In this document: in pieces, positions 28,297 through 37,892 of the stretch
How positions within the stretch are numbered: the first letter of the stretch is position 1
Layout of the letters: each line of letters opens with the position of its first letter
From: an uncultured Acidobacteriota bacterium
GTDB lineage: Bacteria; Acidobacteriota; Vicinamibacteria; Vicinamibacterales; UBA2999
Length of the DNA stretch: 64,000 bases
NCBI GenBank assembly: GCA_963789815.1
Contig: CAWBMG010000002.1
Coordinates: forward strand, 132,886 to 196,885
Direction of reading: 5' to 3'
Notes under the pieces: generated by a model
Database searches by the model: none
Seen by the model: only the letters and a program-made list of their open reading frames with translations
Told to the model about the DNA's origin: nothing
Program-made: the position numbers and the translations under genes

Positions 28297-31026
28297 TTAC
28301 TTCCTCATGCGCACAGCAGCTCGCTGCTCGCCTTCCAACTCCACATCTTTGGCCTCGATACGCCCAAACAGGTCAAGCAGCGTCGCGATCGAACCGGTCC
28401 ACCCCGTCTGGTGGCTGGCGCCGATCCCCGCTCCGTTGTCACCGTGGAAGTATTCGTAGAAGAGGATCAGATCGCGCCAGTGCGGATCGTCCTGGAACTT
28501 CGTGGTTCCTCCGTAGACTGGCCGCCGTCCGTCGGCGCTGCGCAGGAAAGTACTCGCCAGCCGGCGGGTGATTTCCTTTGCCACGTCGAACAGCGTCATG
28601 TATTGCCCCGAGCCGGTCGGACACTGAACCTTGAACTCAGTCCCGTAGAAGCCGTACAGGTTCAAGAGCGCCCGGATCAGAAGCACATTGACCGGCATCC
28701 AGACGGGCCCTCGCCAGTTGGAGTTGCCGCCGAACATTCCGGTATCCGATTCGCCGGGCAGGTACTGGACCTTGAGTTCCTGACCGTGCACGTGAAACAC
28801 AAAGGGATGGTCCAGGTGATAGCGAGAGAGCGCGCGAATGCCGTGAGGCCCGAGAAACTCGTTCTCATCGAGCATGTATGCGAGCACCCGCTCCAACTTC
28901 TGCTTGTTGAGGATCGAGAGGAGACGCCGTCCCTTGTAGCCGATGAAGCCTTCACTGGTCGGCGCCACCTGCGACGCCAACTCGGGGTGGCGTGTGCGGA
29001 ATTGAGCGACCAACTCCATCAGCTTCGGGTGGCGACTGACGACCTCGCTATCGAACATCGTCGAAGCGCAGAGCGGCAAGAGTCCCACCATCGACCGTAT
29101 CTTCAAACGCATCGCCTGTCCGTCGGGGAGCCGGAGCAGATCGTAAAAGAATCCGTCCTGCTCGTCCCACATCTCGTCGTGATTCTCGCCCCGGCGATCC
29201 ATCGCATAGGCGATCCACATGAAATGCTGGACGAATTTGAAGGCCGCCTCTTCGTACGTCTCGTCGTCCTCGGCTAGAATGAGGGCGATGTCCAGCATGT
29301 TCTGGCAGTAGAACGCCATCCACGCCGTCCCGTCCGCCTGCTCGAGAGATCCGCCTGTCGGGAGCGGTGCGCTGCGGTCGAAGACGCCAATATTGTCGAG
29401 ACCTAGAAACCCCCCGGCGAACACGTTCTTCCCGGACGGGTCCTTCCGATTCACCCACCAGTTGAAATTCAGCATCAGGCCCTGGAACGCTTGTTCCAGG
29501 AAGCGACGGTCCGCCCGGCCGAGGTTCCGTTCCGTTTTGTAAAGATACAAAGTCGCCCAGGCGTGCACCGGCGGATTCACATCGCCGAAGTTCCACTCGT
29601 AGGCAGGAATCTGCCCATTGGGGTGGGCATAGAGACTGCGCAGCATCAGCAGAAGCTGTTCCTTGGCGAAATCGAAATCCACGAGCGACAGCGGAATCGT
29701 GTGAAACGCCAGGTCCCAGGCTGCGTACCAGGGATACTCCCATTTGTCCGGCATGGAGATCACGTCGCTATTGAGCATGTGAAACCATTCGGTGTTCCGC
29801 ACGCCGGGGCGGGAGGATTCGAGCAGGGGATGACTTCGGTGATCGGTCAGCCATTGCTCCAGGTCGAAGTGGTAGTACTGCTTGCTCCAGAGCATTCCCG
29901 CCAACGCCTGGCGGTGTACACGCCGTTCATCGTCGTTCAGCGACTTCGGCGTTATCCGAGCGTAGAATTCGTCCGCGTCCGCAATCCGGCTCTTGAATGT
30001 TTTCTCGAACCCCTCGAAGGCATCGCCGACCCTGAAACCCTGAACGGCTTCGTCTCCGCCAGCGGCCGCAAGACGCAAACCGACGGTCTTGCTGCCGCGA
30101 GCGGGCAGGTCGAGGACATAGTGGGCCGCGCCCTTGGTCCCCACCTTCTCAGGGTTAACCGTTTCTCCCCGGCCCGCGACGATGTACTCATGGAACGCGT
30201 CCTTCACGTACGGAGACGCATTCGGCTGCCCCCATAGCCGGGATGCGTTGCTCTCGTTCTCGGTGAAGATCAGCTCCGGGGCTCCATCACAGAACAGCCA
30301 GTACTCGCCGAGGTCCTGGTGTGTGGCCTGCATGACGCCAGGCCCCACCTCGTGTAGCGAAGGCTTTGGCTGATCCGCGCCCCACGACCAGGTATTACGG
30401 AACCATAGCGTCGGCACCACACGCAGCCGGGCCGCCTCGGGTCCACGATTGTGCACGGTGATGCGGACGAAAATGTCTTCTGGACCTTCCTTCGCGTATT
30501 CCACAAACACATCAAAATACCGGTCGTCGTCAAAGGCACCGGTATCGAGCAGCTCGTACTCGAACTCGTTCCGCGATCTGCTGCGGTTCGTCTCGATCAG
30601 GTCCCGATACGGATACTCACACTGCGGGTACTTGTAGAGATACTTCATGTACGAGTGCGTGGGCGTGCTGTCGACGTAAAAGTAGTACTCCTTGACGTCT
30701 TCCCCGTGATTCCCCTCGTTGTTGGTGAGCCCGAACAGGCGCTCCTTTAGAATAGGGTCTCGCTCGTTCCACAATGCAAGCGCAAAGCACAGTTGCTGCT
30801 TGTCATCGCAGAGTCCCCCGAGCCCGTCCTCGCCCCACCGGTATGCTCGTGACCGAGACTGGTCGTGGGTGAAGTAATTCCACGCGTCGCCGTTGTCGCT
30901 ATAGTCCTCACGGACCGTACCCCACTGTCGCTCGCTGAGGTAGGGTCCCCACTTCTTCCAGGGAATGTGCGCTTCGCGCGCGTCGTTCAGCCGTCTCTGC
31001 TCTGTGACATCTGCCTGTGCGCCCAT
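28297..31026 (-). CDS. GH63-like (MGH1-like) glucosidase
   Basis: Start moved to ATG 31026 (GGGAGG upstream). Conserved N-terminus WKKWGPYLSERQWGTVREDYSDNGDAWNYFTHDQSRSRAYRWGEDGLGGLCD, followed by an (alpha/alpha)6-type C-terminal region. The stop codon directly abuts the GH13 start. Confidence 0.7.
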   Translation of the reverse strand: MGAQADVTEQRRLNDAREAHIPWKKWGPYLSERQWGTVREDYSDNGDAWNYFTHDQSRSRAYRWGEDGLGGLCDDKQQLCFALALWNERDPILKERLFGLTNNEGNHGEDVKEYYFYVDSTPTHSYMKYLYKYPQCEYPYRDLIETNRSRSRNEFEYELLDTGAFDDDRYFDVFVEYAKEGPEDIFVRITVHNRGPEAARLRVVPTLWFRNTWSWGADQPKPSLHEVGPGVMQATHQDLGEYWLFCDGAPELIFTENESNASRLWGQPNASPYVKDAFHEYIVAGRGETVNPEKVGTKGAAHYVLDLPARGSKTVGLRLAAAGGDEAVQGFRVGDAFEGFEKTFKSRIADADEFYARITPKSLNDDERRVHRQALAGMLWSKQYYHFDLEQWLTDHRSHPLLESSRPGVRNTEWFHMLNSDVISMPDKWEYPWYAAWDLAFHTIPLSLVDFDFAKEQLLLMLRSLYAHPNGQIPAYEWNFGDVNPPVHAWATLYLYKTERNLGRADRRFLEQAFQGLMLNFNWWVNRKDPSGKNVFAGGFLGLDNIGVFDRSAPLPTGGSLEQADGTAWMAFYCQNMLDIALILAEDDETYEEAAFKFVQHFMWIAYAMDRRGENHDEMWDEQDGFFYDLLRLPDGQAMRLKIRSMVGLLPLCASTMFDSEVVSRHPKLMELVAQFRTRHPELASQVAPTSEGFIGYKGRRLLSILNKQKLERVLAYMLDENEFLGPHGIRALSRYHLDHPFVFHVHGQELKVQYLPGESDTGMFGGNSNWRGPVWMPVNVLLIRALLNLYGFYGTEFKVQCPTGSGQYMTLFDVAKEITRRLASTFLRSADGRRPVYGGTTKFQDDPHWRDLILFYEYFHGDNGAGIGASHQTGWTGSIATLLDLFGRIEAKDVELEGEQRAAVRMRK

Positions 31027-31354
31027 TACGCCTCCCGATACTTCTGCACTCTGTGAGCCCGGTAGCAAACTGCGGGCCGGGCAACCCCAGCACAGGACGC
31101 GGAGAATTGCTTCGAGAGTGAACAAATCAGCGGCTCGTGCTGCGAAACCGAGCTGAAGGATCGGAGGCTCACCACCGGCGGTGAAACACTAGCGACGGGT
31201 GATGGCCTGCCGCCAATGCCGCAGAACGAAGACAAGCGACAACAGATCAATTCGATGGATCACGTCTTGCACACCACGTCGGGACGTGGCCAGGTGGCTG
31301 CTCGCCGCCACGAGTACGAATGGCCGGACCGGCCGTTTCCAAGGACTGACGATC

Positions 31355-32869
31355 ATGCCGATTTCACGCGGACTTCCGCTGGCGCTCTGCCTGCTCGTGG
31401 TCAGTGCATGCGCCGGACCTTCCTCGCCTGCCGCGGTGCTGGCGAGCTCGTCCGCGGCCGAAGCGCCTATCCCGGAAACGGCTTCGCCGTACGACGCCCT
31501 TCCAGAGAGCGTGCGACTCGTGATGAGCGAGCCGTTCATGGGCGACTTCGACGCATTGGTCAAGCGTCGCGCGATTCGTGTGGCCGTGACCTTCAACCGC
31601 ACTCACTATTTCATCGACAAGGGCCAGGAGCGCGGACTGACCTTCGAGTCGCTCAAGCTGTTCGAGAACGATCTGAACGCAGACTTGAAGACCGGCAACC
31701 TCAGAGTGCAAATCGTGATCGTGCCGATGTCGCGCGATCGGCTGTACCCTGCCCTCTCGAGCGGCAAAGTCGACATGGTCGCCGCCATGGTGACCATCAC
31801 GCCCGAGCGAGAGACGCTCGTCGCCTTCTCGGATCCGACGCGCACGAACGTGAGCGAAGTCGTCGTCACCGGCCCAGGAGCGCCGCCCGTCGCCACGCTG
31901 GACGACCTGGCCGGGAAAGAGGTGTTCGTCCGCAAGGGGAGCATCTACGACGAGAGCCTCGTCGCCCTGAACGCCCAGCTGAAGGCGCGCGGCAAGCCGG
32001 CGGTGGTGATCACGGCCGCCCCCGATGTTCTTGAAGACGATGACGTGCTCGAGATGGTCAACGCCGGCCTCGCCCCGATCACGGTCGTGGACGACTATCT
32101 GGCCGAGTTCTGGAGCAAAGTGTTCACCGACATCACGGTGCACCGGGACGTTACCCTGCGGACTGGCGGCATGCTGGCCGTCGCGTTCCGCAAGGAGAAT
32201 CCCAAGCTCCGGGAGGCCGTCAACGAGTGGCTCCGGAAGCACGGCCAGGGCGACGCATTTCGAAACGTGATCGAACGCCGCTATCTCGAGAGCGTCAAGT
32301 ACGCGAAGAATGCCGCGGCCGATGCCGAGCGCAAGAAACTCGCCGCCGTGGTCGAACTGTTCAAGAAATACGGTGCGCAGTACAACGTCGATTACCTGCT
32401 GATGGCGGCGCAAGGGTATCAGGAGTCCACGCTGGACCAGAACGTCAAGAGCCCCGTGGGCGCGATTGGCGTGATGCAGGTCATGCCACCGACCGGGAAG
32501 GAACTGAACGTCGGCGACATCACCAAGGTCGATGCCAACATCCACGCCGGTGTGAAGTACATGCGGTTCATGGTTGACCAGTACGACAAGGACGAGCCCA
32601 TGGACAATCTGAACAAGGCGCTGATGACGTTCGCGTCCTACAACGCCGGCCCCGGGCGCGTGAGACAGCTCCGGCGCGAGACGGAAAAGAGGGGCCTCAA
32701 TCCCAACCTGTGGTTCGGCAACGTCGAACGCGTCGCCTCCGAGCGGATCGGCCGCGAAACTGTCACCTACGTCAGCAACATCTTCAAGTACTACATCACC
32801 TACCGCCTGCTGGAGGCTCAGCAGGAGCGGCGCGAAGGAGCGAAGGCGCAAGCTGGAGCGCGGAAATAG
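31355..32869 (+). CDS. MltF-like lytic transglycosylase (SBP_bac_3 domain + SLT domain), lipoprotein
   Basis: Start moved to ATG 31355 (MPISRGLPLALCLLVVSAC, lipobox). SBP-like IRVAVTFNRTHYFIDKGQERGLTFE. SLT catalytic GYQESTLDQNVKSPVGAIGVMQVMPPTG and YNAGPGRV. Confidence 0.85.
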   Translation: MPISRGLPLALCLLVVSACAGPSSPAAVLASSSAAEAPIPETASPYDALPESVRLVMSEPFMGDFDALVKRRAIRVAVTFNRTHYFIDKGQERGLTFESLKLFENDLNADLKTGNLRVQIVIVPMSRDRLYPALSSGKVDMVAAMVTITPERETLVAFSDPTRTNVSEVVVTGPGAPPVATLDDLAGKEVFVRKGSIYDESLVALNAQLKARGKPAVVITAAPDVLEDDDVLEMVNAGLAPITVVDDYLAEFWSKVFTDITVHRDVTLRTGGMLAVAFRKENPKLREAVNEWLRKHGQGDAFRNVIERRYLESVKYAKNAAADAERKKLAAVVELFKKYGAQYNVDYLLMAAQGYQESTLDQNVKSPVGAIGVMQVMPPTGKELNVGDITKVDANIHAGVKYMRFMVDQYDKDEPMDNLNKALMTFASYNAGPGRVRQLRRETEKRGLNPNLWFGNVERVASERIGRETVTYVSNIFKYYITYRLLEAQQERREGAKAQAGARK

Positions 32870-33059
32870 CAAGACCCATGAGTACGGGCGGGCGACCTCT
32901 CTCGCCGGTTCTACCGGGATGTGGTCGCGCGTTCACGGCATGTTGTGACCGGTCTCTGGGCCCCCCTTCGCCCGGGCTCGCGAGTCGTCAATTCCTTCGG
33001 ATTCCAGCCCGGGTGGCGGCCGTCTCAATCAGCCAACTGGCCTGCTCCTTGCCAAGGGT

Positions 33060-33569
33060 ATGCAAATGCGAATCACACACTCCTTCATCCTGGCCTGTGC
33101 GTTGCTCGGTGCAGGGCCCCTCATGGCGGCCGGCCAGACGAAGTATGGGGTGACCGTCAACGCGGTCGAACCCGCTGCGCTGGCGAAGGTCAAGACCTAC
33201 GTGTGGAAGGTGAGCCAGCCGTCGCTCAACAAGAACGCCGACAAACAGATTGTTGCCGCAGTGGACCGCGAACTAGCCGCACGCGGCTTTACGAAGGTCC
33301 CCACTGGACAAAGCGACGTGGTGGTCACGTATGCCTCAGTCAGCAGGACTGACGTGGACCTGAAGGCGAAGGCCTCGAAGAGCGGTTCGTTGCCTGAGTT
33401 TCTCGTCGGCTCGCTCGTCGTCAGCCTGAGCGACGCCACGAATAGTCAGTTGCTCTTTCGCGTGCGGACGGACACGCCGATCGAGAAGGATCCGGTGGCG
33501 CTCGAGGCAGTGATCAACGCGGCGGTGACCGCGATGTTCGACAAGTATCCCAACCCGTCGAAGCGATGA
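33060..33569 (+). CDS. DUF4136-type secreted/lipoprotein paralog
   Basis: 169-aa ORF with a signal peptide. Same architecture and C-terminal signature (AVTAMFDKYPNPSKR) as the clear DUF4136 copies at 47028 and 50567. Confidence 0.6.
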   Translation: MQMRITHSFILACALLGAGPLMAAGQTKYGVTVNAVEPAALAKVKTYVWKVSQPSLNKNADKQIVAAVDRELAARGFTKVPTGQSDVVVTYASVSRTDVDLKAKASKSGSLPEFLVGSLVVSLSDATNSQLLFRVRTDTPIEKDPVALEAVINAAVTAMFDKYPNPSKR

Positions 33570-33599
33570 GGGTTCGGTCTTGGTGATACGGACTATCCG

Positions 33600-34210
33600 A
33601 TGAAAGGGACCACCCCGATGAAAACCGGTTCGAGACAGATGGCTTCACTCCGTGCGCCGGCGCTGCTCTTCTCGATGGCGGGTGTGTGGCGGGCGGCGGG
33701 CGTTGCGGCGCTGCTCGTGGCGGCGACCGCCTGTGCGGGGGCGCCGCGTCAAAAGCCCCTCCCGATGGGACGTGTCGAGAGTGGTCCTGGGACGCTCGCC
33801 GAAGCGCGCAAGTTCCTGGAAGGCCGCTGGGCCCTCGAGTCGTTCGAAGTGCGTCCACCTGGCAAGGCGCCGATCACCTGAAGGGCTCCGGAGTCCTGAA
33901 CTACGACGACTTCGGCAACCTGCACATGGAGATCCGCGCCGACCAGGCCTCGTCGGATCTGCTTCGGGCCGCGGGGATCGACATTCGTGATGGCGTCATC
34001 TCGACCGACGGGCGGACCGCGATCGATCTGCAGAACCACACGCTCACCTACTTCCTCGAAGGCCAGCCTTCCTCGTTGACCACGGGTGGGGGCCCGCTCG
34101 CGCCGAATCGGCCGCGGCACTGGGAGGTCACCGCCGACGTGCTCACGCTGACGACCCGCGACGACAGCGGCGCGCCGCTGTCGATCAGCCGCTGGAAGAG
34201 AAGCCCGTAG
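33600..34210 (+). pseudogene. Lipocalin-like lipoprotein split by a 1-nt deletion at about 33878, or a sequencing error
   Basis: Frame A (33600..33881) reads ...VAATACAGAP...LEGRWALESFEVRPPGKAPIT and then hits TGA. Frame B (33686..34210) continues from 33878 as LKGSGVLNYDDFGNLHMEIRAD...WEVTADVLTLTTRDDSGAPLSISRWKR. The two frames share base C 33878, so one C appears to be missing from ACC(C)TG. Confidence 0.6.
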
Positions 34211-34227
34211 ACCGAGGAGGAGGAGCC

Positions 34228-34809
34228 GTGCGCACTGCGAAAATCCTGATGACCGTCCTGCTCCTTGGCGCTCCCAGCTGGGTCGGGGCGCAGGCGGCCC
34301 GCCCGACGACGGTGCGCCAGAGGTCTTCAGCGCCACGGCGCAGGCGAAGAATGCCTCCGGCGCGGTGTCGGGCACGCTTGAAGTTCGCGTCAGTCGCTAC
34401 ACGCCGGACTTCGATCGCAAAACCGTGGAGGAGGCGCTCCGTCTGGGTGGCTACCCGCGGTTTCTCACGGCCCTTCGGAACGCGCCCGAGGTCGGGCAGC
34501 TCGTGCTCGGCGGCAGGCCAGCCGTACGCGATCCGGTATGCGCGCGAGAAGGTCGAGGCAGGTGTCCGAACGATCGTCGTGGTGACCGACAGGCCCGTGT
34601 TCTTTGTCGGCGCCGGACGGGCCGACGCCAAGCCGCGAGCCGGATACGAAGTGGCCGTGCTCCAGATTCAGCTGGACGGAACGGGACGAGGGCGCGGGAC
34701 GATGGCGGGTGCCGCGCGCGTGCGCCCCGATGGCGACGGCGGCGTGCTGCTTGACGACTACGCCGAGGAGCCCATCGCGCTGACCAACGTCACGCGCAAA
34801 CCGTCGTAG
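34228..34809 (+). pseudogene. Secreted hypothetical protein whose middle ~215 nt are readable only in another frame (two compensating frameshifts)
   Basis: Frame 1 gives the signal peptide (V/M)RTAKILMTVLLLGAPSWVGAQA and the tail QPYAIRYAREKVEAGVRTIVVVTDRPVFFVGAGRADAKPRAGYEVAVLQIQLDG. Between about 34300 and 34517, frame 1 gives an Arg-rich string (RQRSSAPRRRRRMPPARCRARLKF...). The frame of ORF 34365..34754 gives a protein-like PPDDGAPEVFSATAQAKNASGAVSGTLEVRVSRYTPDFDRKTVEEALRLGGYPRFLTALRNAPEVGQLVLGG. Confidence 0.5.
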
Positions 34810-34860
34810 CTCTTTAACTCAGAGATGCAGATGTAGCTGGCACTCGCCGGCCACCTGGGG

Positions 34861-37230
34861 TTGACCACCATGCTAACTACATACGCCTTCGCCTACGCTC
34901 GCATCAGGGCCCGCGTCGCGGTGCTCACGATCATCAGCCTGATTTCCTCATCTGTCGGGCCACTCGTGGCAGCACAGGCGCCGGCGGCGTCCGGCGCAGC
35001 CGCCACGGATCCGGCTGCCCCAGATGGGGGGTGGCCGCGCGCCTACACGACGCCGAGTGGCGCCGCTCTGGTCATCTACCAGCCGCAGGTGGCGAGCTGG
35101 GCCGATCAGAAACACGCGACTCTGTACGCAGCCGTCGCCTACACCGCGAACGGTGCGAAAGAACCCGCCCTCGGTACAATCAGAGTAGAGTCCGAGACGA
35201 GGGTCGCGATCGACGAGCGGCTCGTGAGCTTCTCGGACTTCAAGGTCGTTCAGTCCAGCTTCCCCACGCTCGAGCGTGACGCGGTCAAGACCGTTGTCTC
35301 CGAGATCCTCACATCGGTCCCACTCGACGAGCGCGTGATTGCACTCGACCGCGTGTTGGCCAACATCGATACAAGCCAGATCGTCCCGAAAAACGTGGAA
35401 GGTGTGAAGGCGGATCCGCCCACGGTCTTCTTCAGCCAGACGACGGCGGTGCTCGTCAACATCGACGGTGAGCCGGTCTGGGCACCCATTCCACAAAACG
35501 ATCTGCGGTCGGCCGTCAACACCAACTGGGACCTCTTCGAGCACGGTCCGTCCAAGACCTACTACCTTCGCAACGAGCGCGTGTGGATGAAGGCGAGCGA
35601 CGTCAAGGGCCCGTGGGTACCGGCCGGCGATCTGCCTGAGAGCTTCGCCAAGCTCCCTGCCGATGAGAATTGGAAGGACGTGAAGGCGACCCTCCCCGGT
35701 CAAAAGGTGAGCGCCAACCAGGCGCCGAAGGTGTTTGTCTCCCTCGAGCCGGCGGAGTTGATCCTGCTGCGAGGCACACCCAGCTACTTGAAGGTGCAGG
35801 GCGCCAAGCAGCTCCTGTGGGTCAACAATACAGAGAACGACGTCTTTCGGATGGGCAATACCGGTGCGGTCTATTTCCTCGTGGCGGGCCGGTGGTTTTC
35901 GGCGCCTGATTTCACAGGCCCGTGGACATTCGCCACGCCGAACTTGCCTGACGACTTCAAGCAGATTCCGCTCGAGCACGAGCGGTCGCGCGTTCTTGCC
36001 TCGGTGCCTGGCACGACACAGGCCATCGAAGCCGTCCTGCTCGCGGGGATTCCACAAACGGCGCGCGTCAGTCGGACCGTGATGGCGCCTGAGGTCGCGT
36101 ATGAGGGCGGACCACCGCAGTTCCAGCCGATCGAGAAGACATCGGTGGAGCGGGCGGTCAACACCGACAAGGACATCCTGAAGGTCGGCGACCTCTACTA
36201 CATGTGCTTCCAGGGCGTCTGGTTCATGTCGAAGACGCCGACAGGACCGTGGGAGGTCACCGGTGAGGTGCCGAAGTCCATCTACGAGATTCCGGTGAGC
36301 TCGCCGTCCCATGCAGTCACCTACGTCACCGTGCAGGAATCGAACGACGACGCGGTGGTGTATGCGACGGCAGCGGCTTTCACGGGCGTCATGGTTGCGT
36401 GGGGCTGCGCCGTGTGGGGCACGGGCTACTATTACCCGCCGTACGTGTGGTACGGCGGCGGGTATCCCTACTACCGCCCGTACTATCCAACCTATGGGTT
36501 CGGCGCCTCCTACAACCCGTGGACCGGCGCCTACACCCGTGGCGCCGTGGCATACGGTCCCTACGGTGGGGCCGGCGTTGCCCAGCGCTACAACCCGAGG
36601 ACCGGCACCTACTCGCGTGGGGCCGCGGCCTATGGCCCATATGGCGCGCGTGGGGCGGCCAGCGCCTACAACCCGCGCACGGGCGCGGTCGGCTCCACCC
36701 GGCAGGGATCGAATGTGTATGGCAGCTGGGGGCAGACGGGCGTGGCCCGCGGCGACCAGTGGGCCAGCACCTCGCGGTACACCAGCAACGTCACGGGGAA
36801 CACGACGCGCGTGACCCGCGGCAGCGAAGGAGGCGGCGCGATCACCAAGACCGGTCCTGGTGGCGCGGGCGGTGTCGTGCGCACGGGAAGTGGCGACGTA
36901 TACGCGGGCGGCGACGGCAACGTGTACCGCAAGAACGGCGACAGCTGGCAGAAGTACGGCGACGGCGGCTGGAGCGGTGTGGATCAGCCGACACCACAGC
37001 AGCGTCAGCAGGCCCAGGACCGCGCGGCGCAGTCGGGTGCCGCGCGCGACGGTGCGTCAGCGTCTGGCTGGGACTCGACGACCCGCAGCCAAGTGAACCG
37101 CGATTCCGCCGCACGCGCCGAGGGTGCGCAGCGGACCAACGACTCCAGCAGTGTGCGGAGCGGCACCTCCTCGAGGTCAGGCAGCTATCGTCCGAGCGGC
37201 GGAAGCCGAGGCGGCGGGCGGCGGCGCTAA
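34861..37230 (+). CDS. Large secreted protein with GPW-type repeats and a Tyr/Gly-rich degenerate-repeat C-terminus, unknown family
   Basis: 789-aa ORF with a signal-like N-terminus. Recurrent motif YYLRNERVWMKASDVKGPWVP / VYFLVAGRWFSAPDFTGPWTF / LYYMCFQGVWFMSKTPTGPWEV. C-terminal YNPWTGAYTRGAVAYGPYGG / YNPRTGTYSRGAAAYGPYGA / YNPRTGAVGSTRQGSNVYGSWG. Confidence 0.7.
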   Translation: MTTMLTTYAFAYARIRARVAVLTIISLISSSVGPLVAAQAPAASGAAATDPAAPDGGWPRAYTTPSGAALVIYQPQVASWADQKHATLYAAVAYTANGAKEPALGTIRVESETRVAIDERLVSFSDFKVVQSSFPTLERDAVKTVVSEILTSVPLDERVIALDRVLANIDTSQIVPKNVEGVKADPPTVFFSQTTAVLVNIDGEPVWAPIPQNDLRSAVNTNWDLFEHGPSKTYYLRNERVWMKASDVKGPWVPAGDLPESFAKLPADENWKDVKATLPGQKVSANQAPKVFVSLEPAELILLRGTPSYLKVQGAKQLLWVNNTENDVFRMGNTGAVYFLVAGRWFSAPDFTGPWTFATPNLPDDFKQIPLEHERSRVLASVPGTTQAIEAVLLAGIPQTARVSRTVMAPEVAYEGGPPQFQPIEKTSVERAVNTDKDILKVGDLYYMCFQGVWFMSKTPTGPWEVTGEVPKSIYEIPVSSPSHAVTYVTVQESNDDAVVYATAAAFTGVMVAWGCAVWGTGYYYPPYVWYGGGYPYYRPYYPTYGFGASYNPWTGAYTRGAVAYGPYGGAGVAQRYNPRTGTYSRGAAAYGPYGARGAASAYNPRTGAVGSTRQGSNVYGSWGQTGVARGDQWASTSRYTSNVTGNTTRVTRGSEGGGAITKTGPGGAGGVVRTGSGDVYAGGDGNVYRKNGDSWQKYGDGGWSGVDQPTPQQRQQAQDRAAQSGAARDGASASGWDSTTRSQVNRDSAARAEGAQRTNDSSSVRSGTSSRSGSYRPSGGSRGGGRRR

Positions 37231-37236
37231 CGAAGG

Positions 37237-37854
37237 TTACGGAAACGCCACGACGAGCCCGGCGCTGAACTCAGCCTGCCACACAATGTCGGCGTAGAGG
37301 GCGACGAGGCACAGGCCGGGCGAGCAGGCAATCGTTCGCCCTTCGATGTCGGCGAACGTCGCGAACACCCGTCCATCGAGCCGAACGCCCAGGTGCCGCA
37401 GGGGCATCAGCTTCACTCCGCCCCCGGCGCCGACTGTGAACCGGATCTCGTTATCGCCCTCGGCCGCGTAGCGCGTGAGCCCCAGCAGGCCGGTCAGGAA
37501 GGGACGCACACGCCGGTTGGTCCCGAGCTCCTGCAATCCACCGCCCTGCCAGTGATCGACCGTAATCCGCCAACCCGTCGGCGGAGCGAACAGTCCGCCC
37601 GGGAACGTCAACCGAGCCTCCTGACGCGTGAAGAGCGCTTCGGCGAACAGCCCATCATTGTTGAACTTCACGTTCACCACGGCGCCAACGGCCCGCGCGG
37701 CGTCGAGATCGACCGGTTGTCCTGTGATGCGTTCGACGAAATCCCCGCCGAACCGGTATCCGACAAACGGCGTCACCTGGACGGCCTGCGCATGGCTCGT
37801 CCCAGACCAACACAACAGCCAGGCGACAACGGCGATTCCACCAAGACGCCTCAT
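37237..37854 (-). CDS. Small outer-membrane beta-barrel protein
   Basis: Start moved to ATG 37854 (MRRLGGIAVVAWLLCWSGTSHAQ). Alternating beta-strand pattern, ending in the aromatic-rich ...WQAEFSAGLVVAFP. Confidence 0.6.
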   Translation of the reverse strand: MRRLGGIAVVAWLLCWSGTSHAQAVQVTPFVGYRFGGDFVERITGQPVDLDAARAVGAVVNVKFNNDGLFAEALFTRQEARLTFPGGLFAPPTGWRITVDHWQGGGLQELGTNRRVRPFLTGLLGLTRYAAEGDNEIRFTVGAGGGVKLMPLRHLGVRLDGRVFATFADIEGRTIACSPGLCLVALYADIVWQAEFSAGLVVAFP

Positions 37855-37892
37855 CGGACCTTGCTGTGTCCTTTCGGATCTGGCTGTGGCCC

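Noticed and set aside
27949-29277. Long track ORFs antisense or out of frame to confident genes. Examples: 27949..29277(+), 31364..32872(-), 34948..36312(-), 55070..56563(+), 59145..60074(+), 17036..18028(-), 39769..40623(+), 61145..61846(+).
   Set aside because: They have Arg/Pro/Gly/His-rich, low-complexity translations typical of non-coding frames in high-GC DNA. Each is fully overlapped by an ORF with strong family motifs on the other strand or frame.
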